DNA of 64,000 nt from contig JBFMAZ010000098.1 in assembly GCA_040755415.1 (NCBI GenBank), positions 2,160-66,159 of the forward strand. The letters run 5' to 3'. Shown here piece by piece: positions 39,810 to 50,442 of this stretch. The notes under the pieces are model-generated. The model saw only the letters and a program-made list of their open reading frames with translations. It was not told the DNA's origin and did no database searches. The DNA is from Thermodesulfobacteriota bacterium. Lineage in GTDB: Bacteria; Desulfobacterota; QYQD01. The position numbers and the translations under genes were made by a program. Position 1 is the first letter of the stretch. Each line of letters begins with the position of its first letter.

Positions 39810-41123
39810 CTATATACCCCGGCCAACACCGATATAGGTATAGCCAAGCTCGCGCATTTTTTCTGGTTCATAAATATTTCTTAGATCCAGGATCAGGGGC
39901 TGGGCTGTTATCTTCCGGAGCTTTTTCAGGTCCAGGTTCCTCAACTCGTTCCATTCGGTAATAAACACGAGGGCGTCTGCTCCTTTTGCCGCCTGGTAGG
40001 CGTCCTGGCAAAAGGAAAGGTTTCTGCCGGTTACCACCTTCTTAAACTCATCCATGCCGGCCGGATCATAGGCCTTTACCTTTGCCCCCCTTTCCAGCAA
40101 TGTTCTAACTATATCAATAGCCGGAGATTCCCTTACATCGCTGGTGTTAGGTTTAAAAGTAAGCCCCAGTACACCGACTGTCCTCCCCTTCAAGGAGCCC
40201 AGCGCTGCCTCAATCTTATTGACCATTCGGGCCCGCTGTCTTCGGTTTACTTCAATTACGGTCTCGACAATACTGAGAGGGCTATCCAGCTTTCTTCCCA
40301 AGTGGGCAAGGGCCAGTGTATCCTTGGGAAAACAAGAGCCTCCATAGCCCGGCCCCGCATGTAAGAATTTCGGCCCTATCCGGCCGTCCAGGCCTAGGGC
40401 CCTGGCTATGTGATGCACATCCGCACCGACCTTTTCACAAAGATTCGCCACTTCATTGATAAATGAAATCTTTGTCGCCAGAAAGGCGTTCGCAGCGTAT
40501 TTGATCAACTCGGCGGTTTCCAGGCCGGTTATAACAAAGGGGGTCTCGATCAGATAAAGGGGCCGGTAAATATCTTTTACAACGGCCAAGGCCTCGGCGC
40601 TGTCAGAACCAAGGACCACCCGGTTAGGACGCATGAAATCTTCAATAGCTGATCCCTCACGCAAGAATTCCGGATTTGACACTACGTCCACTTTAATACC
40701 TTTTTTTCCACCTGAGGCGGAGATAACCTCTTTAATCCAGCGGTTAGTCCCCACCGGTACCGTACTTTTGATAACGATTACCTTATAGTCGTCGATTGCC
40801 TCTGCCAGTTCTCTGGCCACCGCTTCTACCTGTGAGAGATCCGGTTGCCCTTGCCCGTCATCCGGTGTGCCCACGGCAATAAAGATGACCAGAGACTGCC
40901 TTACTGAGGTCTTCATATCCGTGGTAAAGGAAAGGCGGCTATTTTTTACATTCTTGGAGACCAACTCTTCCAGCCCCGGTTCGTAAAAAGGTATCTCGCC
41001 CTTTTTGAGCCTTTTAATCTTGTCCTTGTCCTGATCAACACAGATAACCTGCAGGCCAAAGTCAGCCAGCCCTGCGCCGGAGACCAGCCCTACATAGCCG
41101 GTGCCAATCACGGTAATGTGCAT
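39810..41123 (-). CDS. ugd: UDP-glucose 6-dehydrogenase
   Basis: GTGYVG, SNPEFLREG, GYGGSCFPKD. Confidence 0.94.
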   Translation of the reverse strand: MHITVIGTGYVGLVSGAGLADFGLQVICVDQDKDKIKRLKKGEIPFYEPGLEELVSKNVKNSRLSFTTDMKTSVRQSLVIFIAVGTPDDGQGQPDLSQVEAVARELAEAIDDYKVIVIKSTVPVGTNRWIKEVISASGGKKGIKVDVVSNPEFLREGSAIEDFMRPNRVVLGSDSAEALAVVKDIYRPLYLIETPFVITGLETAELIKYAANAFLATKISFINEVANLCEKVGADVHHIARALGLDGRIGPKFLHAGPGYGGSCFPKDTLALAHLGRKLDSPLSIVETVIEVNRRQRARMVNKIEAALGSLKGRTVGVLGLTFKPNTSDVRESPAIDIVRTLLERGAKVKAYDPAGMDEFKKVVTGRNLSFCQDAYQAAKGADALVFITEWNELRNLDLKKLRKITAQPLILDLRNIYEPEKMRELGYTYIGVGRGI

Positions 41124-41133
41124 AAGCTACCTC

Positions 41134-42096
41134 TCAGCCCTTCATTTGCTGATACCATTTTACAAAGGGTGGGATACCCTGTTCCACCGTAACCTGAGGA
41201 CTATAGCCGAGCAGCTTTTTAGACTTTGATATGTCCGCATAAGTGACAGGCACATCGCCCGGCTGATCGGGCAGCCTTTTTATGCGTGCCTTTTTCCCCA
41301 GGGCTTCTTCTATCAAGGTCACCAGTTTTCTTAGCTCTGTGGTGCGGGATTCGCCCAGGTTGAAGATATCATAAGTTCTGCCCCTGCGGTCCGCCTCAGG
41401 CGAGCGAGCCGCCGTTATACCCTGAATGATGTCATCAATGTAAGTATAATCCCGCCGGGACGAACCGTCTCCGTAGAGCGGCACCTCCAGACCCTCGTCG
41501 ATAAGGCGTGTAAACTTGTGAATAGCCATCTCCGGCCGCTGACGCGGGCCATAAACCGTAAAAAAGCGCAGCACGGTAACCTGGATGCCATAGAGGTGAT
41601 GATAGGTATAACACATGAGTTCATTGGCCCGCTTGGTGGCGGCGTAAGGAGATACGGGCCTTGATATCTCATCATCTTCTGAAAACGGGATCTTATTGTT
41701 TATGCCATACACTGAAGACGACCCGCCAAAGATAAAGTTCTTTACGTCATATTTACGACAAAGCTCAAGGATATTTAAGGTCCCGCGTCCATTTACATCC
41801 TCATAAAGCAGGGGATCCTTTAAAGACGGCCGTACTCCGGCTCGTGCCGCCAGGTGGATGACCTCGTTTAATGGAAATTCGCGAAACACACCTTCCATAA
41901 AGGGCAGGTCCCGAATATCTCCTTGCCGCAGATGAAAGTTCCGGCTCTGCAGGGCCAGTTCCAGGTTGCGCCGCTTGATGGCCGGGTCATAAAAGTCATT
42001 GAAATCATCGATACAAACTACGTCTTCAGTATTAAGTAATTTTTCGACTAAATGGGAGCCAATGAATCCCGCTCCACCCGTTACCAGGACCGCCAT
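41134..42096 (-). CDS. NAD-dependent epimerase (UDP-glucuronate 4-epimerase-like)
   Basis: TGGAGFIG, HLAARAGVR, YAATK, RFFTVYGP. Confidence 0.9.
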   Translation of the reverse strand: MAVLVTGGAGFIGSHLVEKLLNTEDVVCIDDFNDFYDPAIKRRNLELALQSRNFHLRQGDIRDLPFMEGVFREFPLNEVIHLAARAGVRPSLKDPLLYEDVNGRGTLNILELCRKYDVKNFIFGGSSSVYGINNKIPFSEDDEISRPVSPYAATKRANELMCYTYHHLYGIQVTVLRFFTVYGPRQRPEMAIHKFTRLIDEGLEVPLYGDGSSRRDYTYIDDIIQGITAARSPEADRRGRTYDIFNLGESRTTELRKLVTLIEEALGKKARIKRLPDQPGDVPVTYADISKSKKLLGYSPQVTVEQGIPPFVKWYQQMKG

Positions 42097-42287
42097 TTTC
42101 CCTCCGCAGTAATGAGGCTCTTTTTATGATGTTTTATCTGGCATGTCAATTTTTTTGGAGATGGTCTTTTTTGCAAAGGAGATTTTAACTCATAGGTATA
42201 GGTAACCAAATAAAAAAATCTTGTAATCTCTATACCTCCCGTGGTAAAGGATAGCAATCAAAAAACACCACTCAGGAGGGGGTTGTC

Positions 42288-42623
42288 ATGGCGGAAGGTA
42301 ACGTCCTGGAAGTTAGCGACAGCAGCTTTGAGACAGATATCCTCAAAAGTGATAAGCCGGTGCTGGTAGATTTTTGGGCGGCGTGGTGTGGCCCCTGCCG
42401 GGCGATTGCCCCGGTGGTTAAAGAACTGGCCGATGAGTACGCAGAACGCCTGAAGGTAGCAAAAATGAATGTGGACGAAAATCCGGCCACACCTAGTAAG
42501 TATGGCATTAGGGCTATCCCTACGCTGCTTTTTTTTAAAGACGGTAAATTGGCCGACCAGATTACCGGCGCCGTCTCTAAAAACATCATTGAAAGCGGCA
42601 TCAAAAAGATCCTTGAGATATAG
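42288..42623 (+). CDS. trxA: Thioredoxin
   Basis: WCGPC active site. Confidence 0.96.
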   Translation: MAEGNVLEVSDSSFETDILKSDKPVLVDFWAAWCGPCRAIAPVVKELADEYAERLKVAKMNVDENPATPSKYGIRAIPTLLFFKDGKLADQITGAVSKNIIESGIKKILEI

Positions 42624-42628
42624 TTAAT

Positions 42629-43435
42629 ATGAATATAAAACACACATCCGCCGGAGGTGGACAAAGGACAATAAAAATCCCCCCTCGCCCCCCTTTAGTA
42701 AAAGGGGATTGGGGGGATTTTCAGTTGAGAAAAGTCAAATGGATTAAAGGCGGCTACATTCAAGGGGTTGCCACCTTTTCTTTTGTGCTGTTTTTCCTGT
42801 TATTTTTTACGGGCTGCGCTACACTTACCTCTTTAATCTTACCCAAACCACCGCGTGAAAAGACCGCTGAAGAATTGGCAGCAGGGGGTATGGCTTATTT
42901 GCGTAAAGGAGACTATTATAAGTCCACAGAGGCCTTTCAGCAGATAAAAGACCGTTACCCATTCAGCCAATATAGTCTCCTGGCGGCCCTGAAACTGGCT
43001 GATATTCATTATTACCGCAAAGAATATGAAGAGGCCATTAGTGCCTACCAGGAGTTCGAGAAGCTTCACCCGACCAATGAGGCCTTGCCATACGTAACCT
43101 ATCAGATCGGTCTGTCTTATTTCAGGCAGATGCTTGGTGTCGATCGCGATCAGGCCGCTACCAGGAATGCCTTGAATGAATTCCACCGCCTACTGAACAC
43201 GTACCCGGACAGCCCATACGTTATTGAGGCAAAAGAAAAGATCAGGCAGTGCCGGGAAAGATTAGCCGGACACGAGCTGTATGTAGGCAGGTTCTACCTA
43301 AGGACTAGGCAATATCAGGCGGCGTTAAACCGTTTGAGACGGCTGGTAAGCGATTATCCGGAGACCTTGGCCAGAGAAAAGGCCCTGGCCATTATTAAAC
43401 AGTGTGAGGGAAGGCTTGCCGCAGATGTCTCTTAG
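42629..43435 (+). CDS. bamD: Outer membrane protein assembly factor BamD (true start probably downstream of the hairpin at 42676-42722)
   Basis: Lipobox FTGC, TPR motifs, YPFS, DRDQ, HELYVGRFY. Confidence 0.9.
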   Translation: MNIKHTSAGGGQRTIKIPPRPPLVKGDWGDFQLRKVKWIKGGYIQGVATFSFVLFFLLFFTGCATLTSLILPKPPREKTAEELAAGGMAYLRKGDYYKSTEAFQQIKDRYPFSQYSLLAALKLADIHYYRKEYEEAISAYQEFEKLHPTNEALPYVTYQIGLSYFRQMLGVDRDQAATRNALNEFHRLLNTYPDSPYVIEAKEKIRQCRERLAGHELYVGRFYLRTRQYQAALNRLRRLVSDYPETLAREKALAIIKQCEGRLAADVS

Positions 43436-43471
43436 GCACTTAATGAATGACAAATTCTAAAGCTCAAAGTT

Positions 43472-43800
43472 GACGGCTTCGGAAAAAGTCTAAAAACCGC
43501 TTTTAACGTCATCCCGGCGAACCCCCGGATCGGGGTCCAGGGCAGGCACCGGAATCCCGTTTTTTTATTTCGTGGCTTAGGCTCTGGATTCCGTGTCAGG
43601 CACGGAATGACAGAAAAAGGTAACATTTTAGGTTTTTGAAAAATATACCTAAGCAAGGCGCTATAAGGGCCAAAATCCCCCTCAATCCCCCTTTTCCAAA
43701 GGGGGAAGTGTTTCTCCTCCCTTTGGAAAAGGGAGGTTGGGAGGGATTTAAGAATACTTTTTCAAACAGCTAAACTGATACAGAAAAAGAGTTTTTGCAA
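43472..43800. repeat. Nested element: GAC..AAAAAGTC shell with GTCATCCCG..GGAATGAC cargo
   Basis: Lies within heptamer arrays and hosts MITE copy 4. Confidence 0.7.
43620..43781. mobile_element. IS66-like MITE copy 4 (inverted relative to copy 3)
   Basis: GTAACATT..CTGATAC; TSD AGAAAAAG. Confidence 0.92.
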
Positions 43801-43852
43801 AGAACTAAGCTGTTACGACATTTGAACTTTGTTATTTGGATTTAGTGTGTTC

Positions 43853-46489
43853 TTAAATATCCGCCTGCACCAAATCATAAACTTTGTCCAGGGCCTCAGG
43901 AAGCTTATCGACCTTTGTACCGCCGGCCTGGGCCATATCCGGCCGTCCACCACCACTGCCGCCTACCAGTTGGGCCACTTTTTTAACGATGTCTCCGGCA
44001 TGAAATCTCTTGGTCAGATCTTTGGTAACCACGGCCACCAGGAGGACTTTGTCGTCATGGATACCCCCGAGCACGACTATGCCCGAGCCAATCTTATCAC
44101 GGAACCGGTCGGCAAGCTCCCGCAGCGTCCTGGGGCTATCTATGGGGACTATCGTCGAAAGAACACGTATCCCATCCATTTTTCTGGCACCTTGCAGGAT
44201 ACTGTCCAATCCCTGGAGAGTCAGTTTAGCCGTTAAATCAGCGATCTCTTTTTCCAGTTCCTTGTGGCTGGTTATTAATTTTTCTATCTTGTTTTCTAAT
44301 TCCTCCGTGCCCGCTTTTAAAAGGTGACCCAGGCGCTTTACCCTTAGCTCCTGCTCCTGCACCAACCTCAGGGCCACACTACCGGTTACGGCCTCTATCC
44401 GGCGGATGCCGGCCGCTACCCCGCCTTCACTGACAATCTTGAACAGGCCTATATCACCGGTCCGCGCCGTATGCGTCCCCCCGCAAAGTTCCTTGCTAAA
44501 AGGGCCGATAGACACCACCCGCACCCGGTCTCCGTATTTTTCCCCAAAGAGGGCGGTTGCCCCGTTTTGTATGGCCTGTTCCAGGGTCTGTATATCTGTC
44601 TCCAGTTGGATATTCTCCCGGATTTTCCCGTTGACAATGGTCTCAATTCTCTCCAGCTCAGCCGCCTCTACCGGAGAAAAATGTGTGAAATCAAAACGCA
44701 GTCTGTCCGGGGCCACCAGGGAGCCGGACTGCCGGACATGCTCACCCAGGACGATCCGCAACGCGGCATGGAGGAGATGGGTGGCAGTATGGTTCAGGGT
44801 CACGGCCCGCCGCCGCTCCGGGGATATGGCCAGCTCTACCTCTTCGCCGGCCTTTATCTTCCCGTCTGTTACCCGGCCGCGATGTACATAAAGTCTGCCC
44901 GCTATACCGATAGTTTCCTCGACAACTACCGTGCCTGTCTGTCCTTTGATGGTCCCCTGATCGCCTACCTGCCCCCCGGCTTCCGCATAGAAAGGCGTCT
45001 TTTCCACTACGACCTCCACCGCATCGCCTTTTCCTGCCTCCGCCACCGCCTCGCCATTCTTGACCAATAGACACAACCGGGAGCGGGCCGAACAAACCTC
45101 GTAGCCGACAAATACCGTCTTTTGCCCTTTGTCCAGCAGGTCACGAAATACAGGGGATATTTCTACCGCCTCACCCTTCCAGGCCTTCTTGGAAAGCTCG
45201 CGCTGCCTGGCCATGCACCTCTGGAAACCGGTATCATCAATTCCAAGGCCGTTTTCCTGCCCGATATCCTGGATAATATCTATAGGGAAACCATAGGTAT
45301 CATAGAGTTTAAAGGCGGTATCTCCGGGTATGATATGTTCCTCCCTGGCCTTTAGTCCGGCTATTTCCTCCTGAAGGAGACGGAGGCCGAAGTCTAAGGT
45401 CTCCGCGAAGCGCTCCTCTTCGTTTAGAAGGACCTTTCTTGTAAAACCGACTGAGCCTGTCAATTCCGGATAGGTATTCCCCATAATATCGGCCACAGCG
45501 CCGGTTATCTCGCCCAGGAAAGGCCTATCAAGGCCAAGCACCCGGCCATAACGGATGGCACGGCGCAGTATCCTCCTGAGCACATAGCCGCGGCCTTCAT
45601 TGGAAGGCAACACCCCCTCGGCGATGAGAAAGGCCGCTGCCCGGCTGTGATCGGCAATGACCCGCATGGCCATATCGCGGGCCTCCACCTGACCATAAGC
45701 AGTCCCGGACAGGCGGGCTATGCCCGCGATGACCCCCTGAAACAGGTCAGATTCATAGTTGCTTTTTTTGCCCTGCAGGACCGCGGCAATACGTTCCAAT
45801 CCCATACCGGTATCAATGCTGGGCCGGGGTAGCGGATGCAACTCACCCTTTTCATTCCGGTAGTATTGCATAAAGACCAGATTCCATAGTTCCAGGTAAC
45901 GGTCACAATCACAACCTACCCGGCAATCCGGTTTACGGCAGCCGATTTCTTCGCCCTGATCAATGAGGATTTCAGAACAGGGGCCGCAGGGCCCGGTATC
46001 CCCCATGGCCCAGAAGTTATCCTTTTCTCCGAGTCTGGCTATTCTTTCCGCGGGCAGGCCTATCTTTGTACGCCAGATTTCATAGGCCTCACTATCCTGT
46101 TCATAGACGGAAACCCATAGCTTTTCTGCAGGCAGTTTTAGATGCCTGGTCAAAAACTCCCAGGCAAAGGCGATGGCTTCCTCTTTGAAATAGTCTCCAA
46201 AGGAAAAATTACCCAGCATCTCGAAAAACGTGTGATGCCGCGCTGTCCGGCCCACATTTTCCAGGTCGTTGTGCTTGCCGCCGGCCCGCATACATTTCTG
46301 GATGGAGACCGCACGGATATAATCGCGTTTTTCCTCCCCCAGAAATACTTGCTTAAACTGAACCATCCCGGCATTGGTAAAAAGTAGGGTGGGGTCACCG
46401 GCCGGTACCAGGGATGAGCTTTTGACTGGCGTATGGCCTTTTATAACAAAATACTCAATAAATTTTTCTCTAATCTCCTGTCCGGTCAT
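43853..46489 (-). CDS. alaS: Alanyl-tRNA synthetase
   Basis: FTNAGM, HHTFFEMLGNFSFGDYFK, ELCGGTH, GGGRPDMAQAG. Confidence 0.98.
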   Translation of the reverse strand: MTGQEIREKFIEYFVIKGHTPVKSSSLVPAGDPTLLFTNAGMVQFKQVFLGEEKRDYIRAVSIQKCMRAGGKHNDLENVGRTARHHTFFEMLGNFSFGDYFKEEAIAFAWEFLTRHLKLPAEKLWVSVYEQDSEAYEIWRTKIGLPAERIARLGEKDNFWAMGDTGPCGPCSEILIDQGEEIGCRKPDCRVGCDCDRYLELWNLVFMQYYRNEKGELHPLPRPSIDTGMGLERIAAVLQGKKSNYESDLFQGVIAGIARLSGTAYGQVEARDMAMRVIADHSRAAAFLIAEGVLPSNEGRGYVLRRILRRAIRYGRVLGLDRPFLGEITGAVADIMGNTYPELTGSVGFTRKVLLNEEERFAETLDFGLRLLQEEIAGLKAREEHIIPGDTAFKLYDTYGFPIDIIQDIGQENGLGIDDTGFQRCMARQRELSKKAWKGEAVEISPVFRDLLDKGQKTVFVGYEVCSARSRLCLLVKNGEAVAEAGKGDAVEVVVEKTPFYAEAGGQVGDQGTIKGQTGTVVVEETIGIAGRLYVHRGRVTDGKIKAGEEVELAISPERRRAVTLNHTATHLLHAALRIVLGEHVRQSGSLVAPDRLRFDFTHFSPVEAAELERIETIVNGKIRENIQLETDIQTLEQAIQNGATALFGEKYGDRVRVVSIGPFSKELCGGTHTARTGDIGLFKIVSEGGVAAGIRRIEAVTGSVALRLVQEQELRVKRLGHLLKAGTEELENKIEKLITSHKELEKEIADLTAKLTLQGLDSILQGARKMDGIRVLSTIVPIDSPRTLRELADRFRDKIGSGIVVLGGIHDDKVLLVAVVTKDLTKRFHAGDIVKKVAQLVGGSGGGRPDMAQAGGTKVDKLPEALDKVYDLVQADI

Positions 46490-47524
46490 TTACTTATCCT
46501 GTTTTGCCGTCTTTTCTGTATCGCCCCTGGCAATCCCATAGGCCTCTTTAATTCTGTCCTCCGTTGCCGCCATTACCGCAGGATTGTCCCGTAGGAATAA
46601 ACGGGCATTTTCACGTCCCTGGCCGATTCTTTCCCCGCCATAGGAATACCAGGCACCGCTCTTATCAATTATGTTCACGGCCGTAGCCAGGTCCAGGATG
46701 TCCATTTCCCTGGATATACCCGAACCGTATAAAATATCAAATTCCGCCTCCTTAAAGGGCGGCGCCATCTTATTTTTGACTACCTTGACCTTTGTACGGC
46801 TGCCTACAATATCCTGACCCTCCTTGATATTGCCTACCTTTCGAATATCAAGACGCATAGAGGCATAAAACTTAAGGGCCGTGCCGCCCGTAGTCGTCTC
46901 CGGGTTGCCATAGAAGACACCGATTTTCATGCGTATCTGATTGATGAATATCACCGAGGTCAAAGACCGGCTGATGCTGGCGGTAAGCTTGCGCAGGGCC
47001 TGAGACATAAGGCGGGCCTGGAGTCCGACATGGGCATCACCCATCTCCCCTTCTATCTCCGCGCGCGGGACGAGAGCTGCCACGGAGTCAACGACCAGGA
47101 CATCTACAGCCCCGCTGCGCACCAACACCTCGGCAATTTCCAGGGCCTGTTCACCAGTATCCGGCTGAGACACCAGCAGCTCATCGGTCTTAACCCCCAG
47201 TTTTTGCGCATAGGTCACATCCAGGGCATGTTCTGCGTCAATGAAGGCTGCTGTACCGCCTCTTCTCTGGGCCTCCGCCACAATATGTAAGGCCAGGGTC
47301 GTCTTACCGGAAGACTCCGGCCCGAATATCTCGGTTATCCTCCCGCGGGGAATACCTCCTATGCCGGTGGCTATGTCTAAAGCCAGGGAGCCGGTCGGAA
47401 TAACAGGGACATCCACTACACGTTCGTTAGTACCCAGACGCATGATAGAGCCCTTCCCGAATTGTTTTTCGATTTGGGTGACGGCCAGTTCTACGGCCTT
47501 GCTTTTATCCATTGGTGTTGCCAT
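46490..47524 (-). CDS. recA: Recombinase A
   Basis: [29 protein letters not shown]. Confidence 0.99.
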   Translation of the reverse strand: MATPMDKSKAVELAVTQIEKQFGKGSIMRLGTNERVVDVPVIPTGSLALDIATGIGGIPRGRITEIFGPESSGKTTLALHIVAEAQRRGGTAAFIDAEHALDVTYAQKLGVKTDELLVSQPDTGEQALEIAEVLVRSGAVDVLVVDSVAALVPRAEIEGEMGDAHVGLQARLMSQALRKLTASISRSLTSVIFINQIRMKIGVFYGNPETTTGGTALKFYASMRLDIRKVGNIKEGQDIVGSRTKVKVVKNKMAPPFKEAEFDILYGSGISREMDILDLATAVNIIDKSGAWYSYGGERIGQGRENARLFLRDNPAVMAATEDRIKEAYGIARGDTEKTAKQDK

Positions 47525-47555
47525 GTTATTCCTCCAGTTTTTATTAAGGCTGATA

Positions 47556-48119
47556 TTACCCTATTAATGGTAAGCGCCGCAAGGGTGTATAGATGGCACC
47601 TTCGGGGCGCAGGGTGCTTTTATAAAGTATTAACTCAGTTACGGTAAAAGGGTTAAAATTTATATCCTTAAGCCCCTCAATCTTATGGGCCAAATCTGAG
47701 GTCCTCTTATAGGAACGTACCCGTCCCAGGGTCAAATGCGGAGTAAATGGCCTGTCTTCTGCCGGAAAACCCAGGGCAGAAAGGGCCTGTTCGATACCCT
47801 TCTGTATAACCATCAAACGCTCTATATCGCCAGTCATGCCGATCCAGATGACCCGCGGCCGCCTTAAATCCGGAAAGGCGCCCATACCTTCAGCCTTCAG
47901 GGCCAGCGGCTTCTGGTCAGTTATAACCCCGCTTACCGCATTAACGATGGGTTCAATCTGCCCTTCCTCAATATTACCAAGAAATTTCAAGGTAAGGTGG
48001 ATGCCCTCTGGTCTTATCCATTTTACATCGGCGGCCGAGGTGCGCAGCCCCATGGTAGCACTAATCATAGATTCACGAAGAGCCAGGGGCAGATCAACTG
48101 CCAAAAATGAGCGTATCAT
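47556..48119 (-). CDS. thpR: RNA 2',3'-cyclic phosphodiesterase
   Basis: Two HxT motifs ([15 protein letters not shown]). Confidence 0.93.
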   Translation of the reverse strand: MIRSFLAVDLPLALRESMISATMGLRTSAADVKWIRPEGIHLTLKFLGNIEEGQIEPIVNAVSGVITDQKPLALKAEGMGAFPDLRRPRVIWIGMTGDIERLMVIQKGIEQALSALGFPAEDRPFTPHLTLGRVRSYKRTSDLAHKIEGLKDINFNPFTVTELILYKSTLRPEGAIYTPLRRLPLIG

Positions 48120-49350
48120 ACGCCAGATACCTTCTCAATCCATCCAGGGCGGTCTCTGCCGCTACCTTTTGAATCATCTCACGCGTGCCCCGGAATAAAA
48201 AATGATGCGCTATCGTATTCCCAGGGACGGCCAGACCAATATAAACTGTCCCCACCGGTTTCTCCGGTGTACCACCAGTAGGGCCGGCAACGCCGGTTAC
48301 CGAAATGCCGATATCTGTGCGGCTCTTTTCCCTGACCCCCCGTGCCATCTGTTCGGCCACCTCGGCACTGACTGCGCCAAAAGCAGCCAGCGTCTCTTCA
48401 GAGACATTGAGAAGTTCCACCTTTGAGAGGTTACTGTAGGTGATAACCCCTCGCTCGAAATAGTCCGAGCTTCCGGGTATCCTGGTCAGACGGTGGCCAA
48501 TCAGCCCGCCCGTACAGGATTCCGCCACAGAAAGACTGAGCTTCCGGGCCCTTAAAAGGTCCCCCGCTACTTTCTCCAGCGTATCCTCCCCATAGCCAAA
48601 GACATGTGGATACAGCCTTGCTTCCAGTTCGGCCTTGGCCCTGAAAAGGGCAGCCCCGGTCTCGCCCAAGGTTTCGGTGCTGAACGTCAGGGCCACGTGG
48701 ACTTCCGGGAAATCAGGATAATAACCAATTTTAAGTCCGGGATAAATCTCTTCCAGATCCGCACAGCGGGCATTTATCTCTGACTCGACCAGTCCGAAGG
48801 TCTTTATCACTTCCTGCCTGGTAACCACCGAGGGTCTCCATTTGCTTGCCAGGTATGGCAAGACCTTGCGGTCCAGGAGGTCTCTCATCTGCTCAGGAAC
48901 TCCGGGCAGAAAAAAAAGAAACTTTCCCTCGTGTTCCAGAAAATAACCAGCCGCCTTGCCTGTTTCATCCAGCAGGGTAGCCCCTTCAGGCAGCCAGGCC
49001 AGCTTAAGGTATTCTTCACACGGTTTCTCCCCTTTGGCCCGGAAGTACTGTTCGATTTGCTCTCTGATCCCATCGTGAAATATAAGCTTGCGGCCAAGGA
49101 TGCGGGAAGTTACTTCCGTAGTCAGATCATCGCTGGTAGGCCCCAGCCCGCCCGTAACTATCACAAAGTCGGCCTTCTGCATGGCCTGAAGAAGTCCCTC
49201 TTCTATGGATTCCGGCTGGTCTCCCACGATACTCATCTTCCTTATAACATAACCCGCCTCAAAAAACCGCCTGGCCGCAAACAGACTGGTGGTATTGGGA
49301 ACCCGTCCCACCAATAATTCATCGCCGATGGCTATAATCTCACCTTTCAT
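48094..49350 (-). CDS. cinA: Competence/damage-inducible protein A (NMN amidohydrolase)
   Basis: IGDELL, GGLGPTSDD, AESCTGG, TGVAGP. Confidence 0.94.
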   Translation of the reverse strand: MKGEIIAIGDELLVGRVPNTTSLFAARRFFEAGYVIRKMSIVGDQPESIEEGLLQAMQKADFVIVTGGLGPTSDDLTTEVTSRILGRKLIFHDGIREQIEQYFRAKGEKPCEEYLKLAWLPEGATLLDETGKAAGYFLEHEGKFLFFLPGVPEQMRDLLDRKVLPYLASKWRPSVVTRQEVIKTFGLVESEINARCADLEEIYPGLKIGYYPDFPEVHVALTFSTETLGETGAALFRAKAELEARLYPHVFGYGEDTLEKVAGDLLRARKLSLSVAESCTGGLIGHRLTRIPGSSDYFERGVITYSNLSKVELLNVSEETLAAFGAVSAEVAEQMARGVREKSRTDIGISVTGVAGPTGGTPEKPVGTVYIGLAVPGNTIAHHFLFRGTREMIQKVAAETALDGLRRYLAYDTLIFGS

Positions 49351-49437
49351 GGGTTATCCCTACAGTTAATAAAATTCGAAATCCTAATATCGAAATCCGA
49401 AACTAATCCTAACTGCAAATATTCACTTACAAATCCT

Positions 49438-49713
49438 GATGAATTCGTAAAAAGTCAGAATTTCCCTCCCCCCGGAGACTGTGTCATAATTGTTATTTGT
49501 CATTGCGAGCGACCGATCATGCCACAGGCAGATTCGCCGGGGCGAAAGGGAGCGTGGCAATCCGACCAAAGGTCGTTGCGAGGGCGTAGCCCGTGGCAAT
49601 CTCAAGAGTTCCCTCGCTTCGCTCGGGACAAGGCTTCGGTCGTTTCACTCCCTCGCAATGACATTGCGATACAGCCTCTCAAGGGGGGTTTTGGGGACTT
49701 TTACGAGAGCATC
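49438..49713. mobile_element. MITE (GATG..GTAAAAAGTC shell) hosting a second MITE at 49475-49678
   Basis: Outer TSD AAATCCT; inner TIR gagactgtgtcataa/ttgcgatacagcctc with GTCATTGCGAG..CTCGCAATGAC cargo. Confidence 0.8.
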
Positions 49714-49719
49714 AAATCC

Positions 49720-50172
49720 TTATCCCACCAAATAGAGGATAAAACGTAAAAACAGGTTGGCATATATACCTGCGACAACATCATCAGCCACTATACCATA
49801 ACCCCCGGGCAATATCTCCCCAAGCGTTTTAACAGGAAATATCTTGGTAATATCAAAGAAACGAAAAAGTAAAAACCCGACCAAAATGGCCCAGCCAGTC
49901 GGAGGAATCTGCACAAGAGTTACCGCCATCCCGGCGATTTCGTCAATTACTATGGAAGAATCGTCTTTCTGTCCGGTTATAATCTCTGCCTGATGAGCGA
50001 CTATGACTGCCAGGGAAATCAGTGTGATAAGGCCAAGGAGGTAAAAAAGCAGCGAATAGCGCGATAGAAAACAATGAAATAATACCCCCCACAAGCTGCC
50101 CCACGTCCCCGGGGCCAAAGGTAGCCGTCCGAAGTAGGCCCCTGTCGCCAAAAAGAGTATCAAACCGCGCAA
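49720..50172 (-). CDS. pgpA: Phosphatidylglycerophosphatase A
   Basis: APGTWGS, IVIDEIAG, FRFFDITK, GIVADDVVAG. Confidence 0.94.
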   Translation of the reverse strand: MRGLILFLATGAYFGRLPLAPGTWGSLWGVLFHCFLSRYSLLFYLLGLITLISLAVIVAHQAEIITGQKDDSSIVIDEIAGMAVTLVQIPPTGWAILVGFLLFRFFDITKIFPVKTLGEILPGGYGIVADDVVAGIYANLFLRFILYLVG

Positions 50173-50228
50173 GAGTTATCCTTCTGAGACATCGCTGTCC
50201 AACTTGCTGATTTATGTGCTATGGCCTT

Positions 50229-50410
50229 CAAATCCCCCTTGATCCCCCTTTTCCAAAGGGGGAATTAAAGACTTCCCTCTCTTTCAAGGGGGGAAAATAC
50301 CGTTAATCCCCCTCTTTGGAAAAGAGGGGTCAGGGGAGATTTTAAAAATCTTATTTTTGACAGATGTGTTTTTATATTTGAAATCTTGATAATCTGCGTT
50401 CATCTGCGTC
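50229..50410. repeat. CCCCTTT..AAAGGGG hairpin array plus atctgcgttcatctgcg
   Basis: Three hairpins of the MITE cargo family. Confidence 0.7.
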
Positions 50411-50442
50411 CAAAAAAGGAAATTCCTCTACTATCAAATTAA

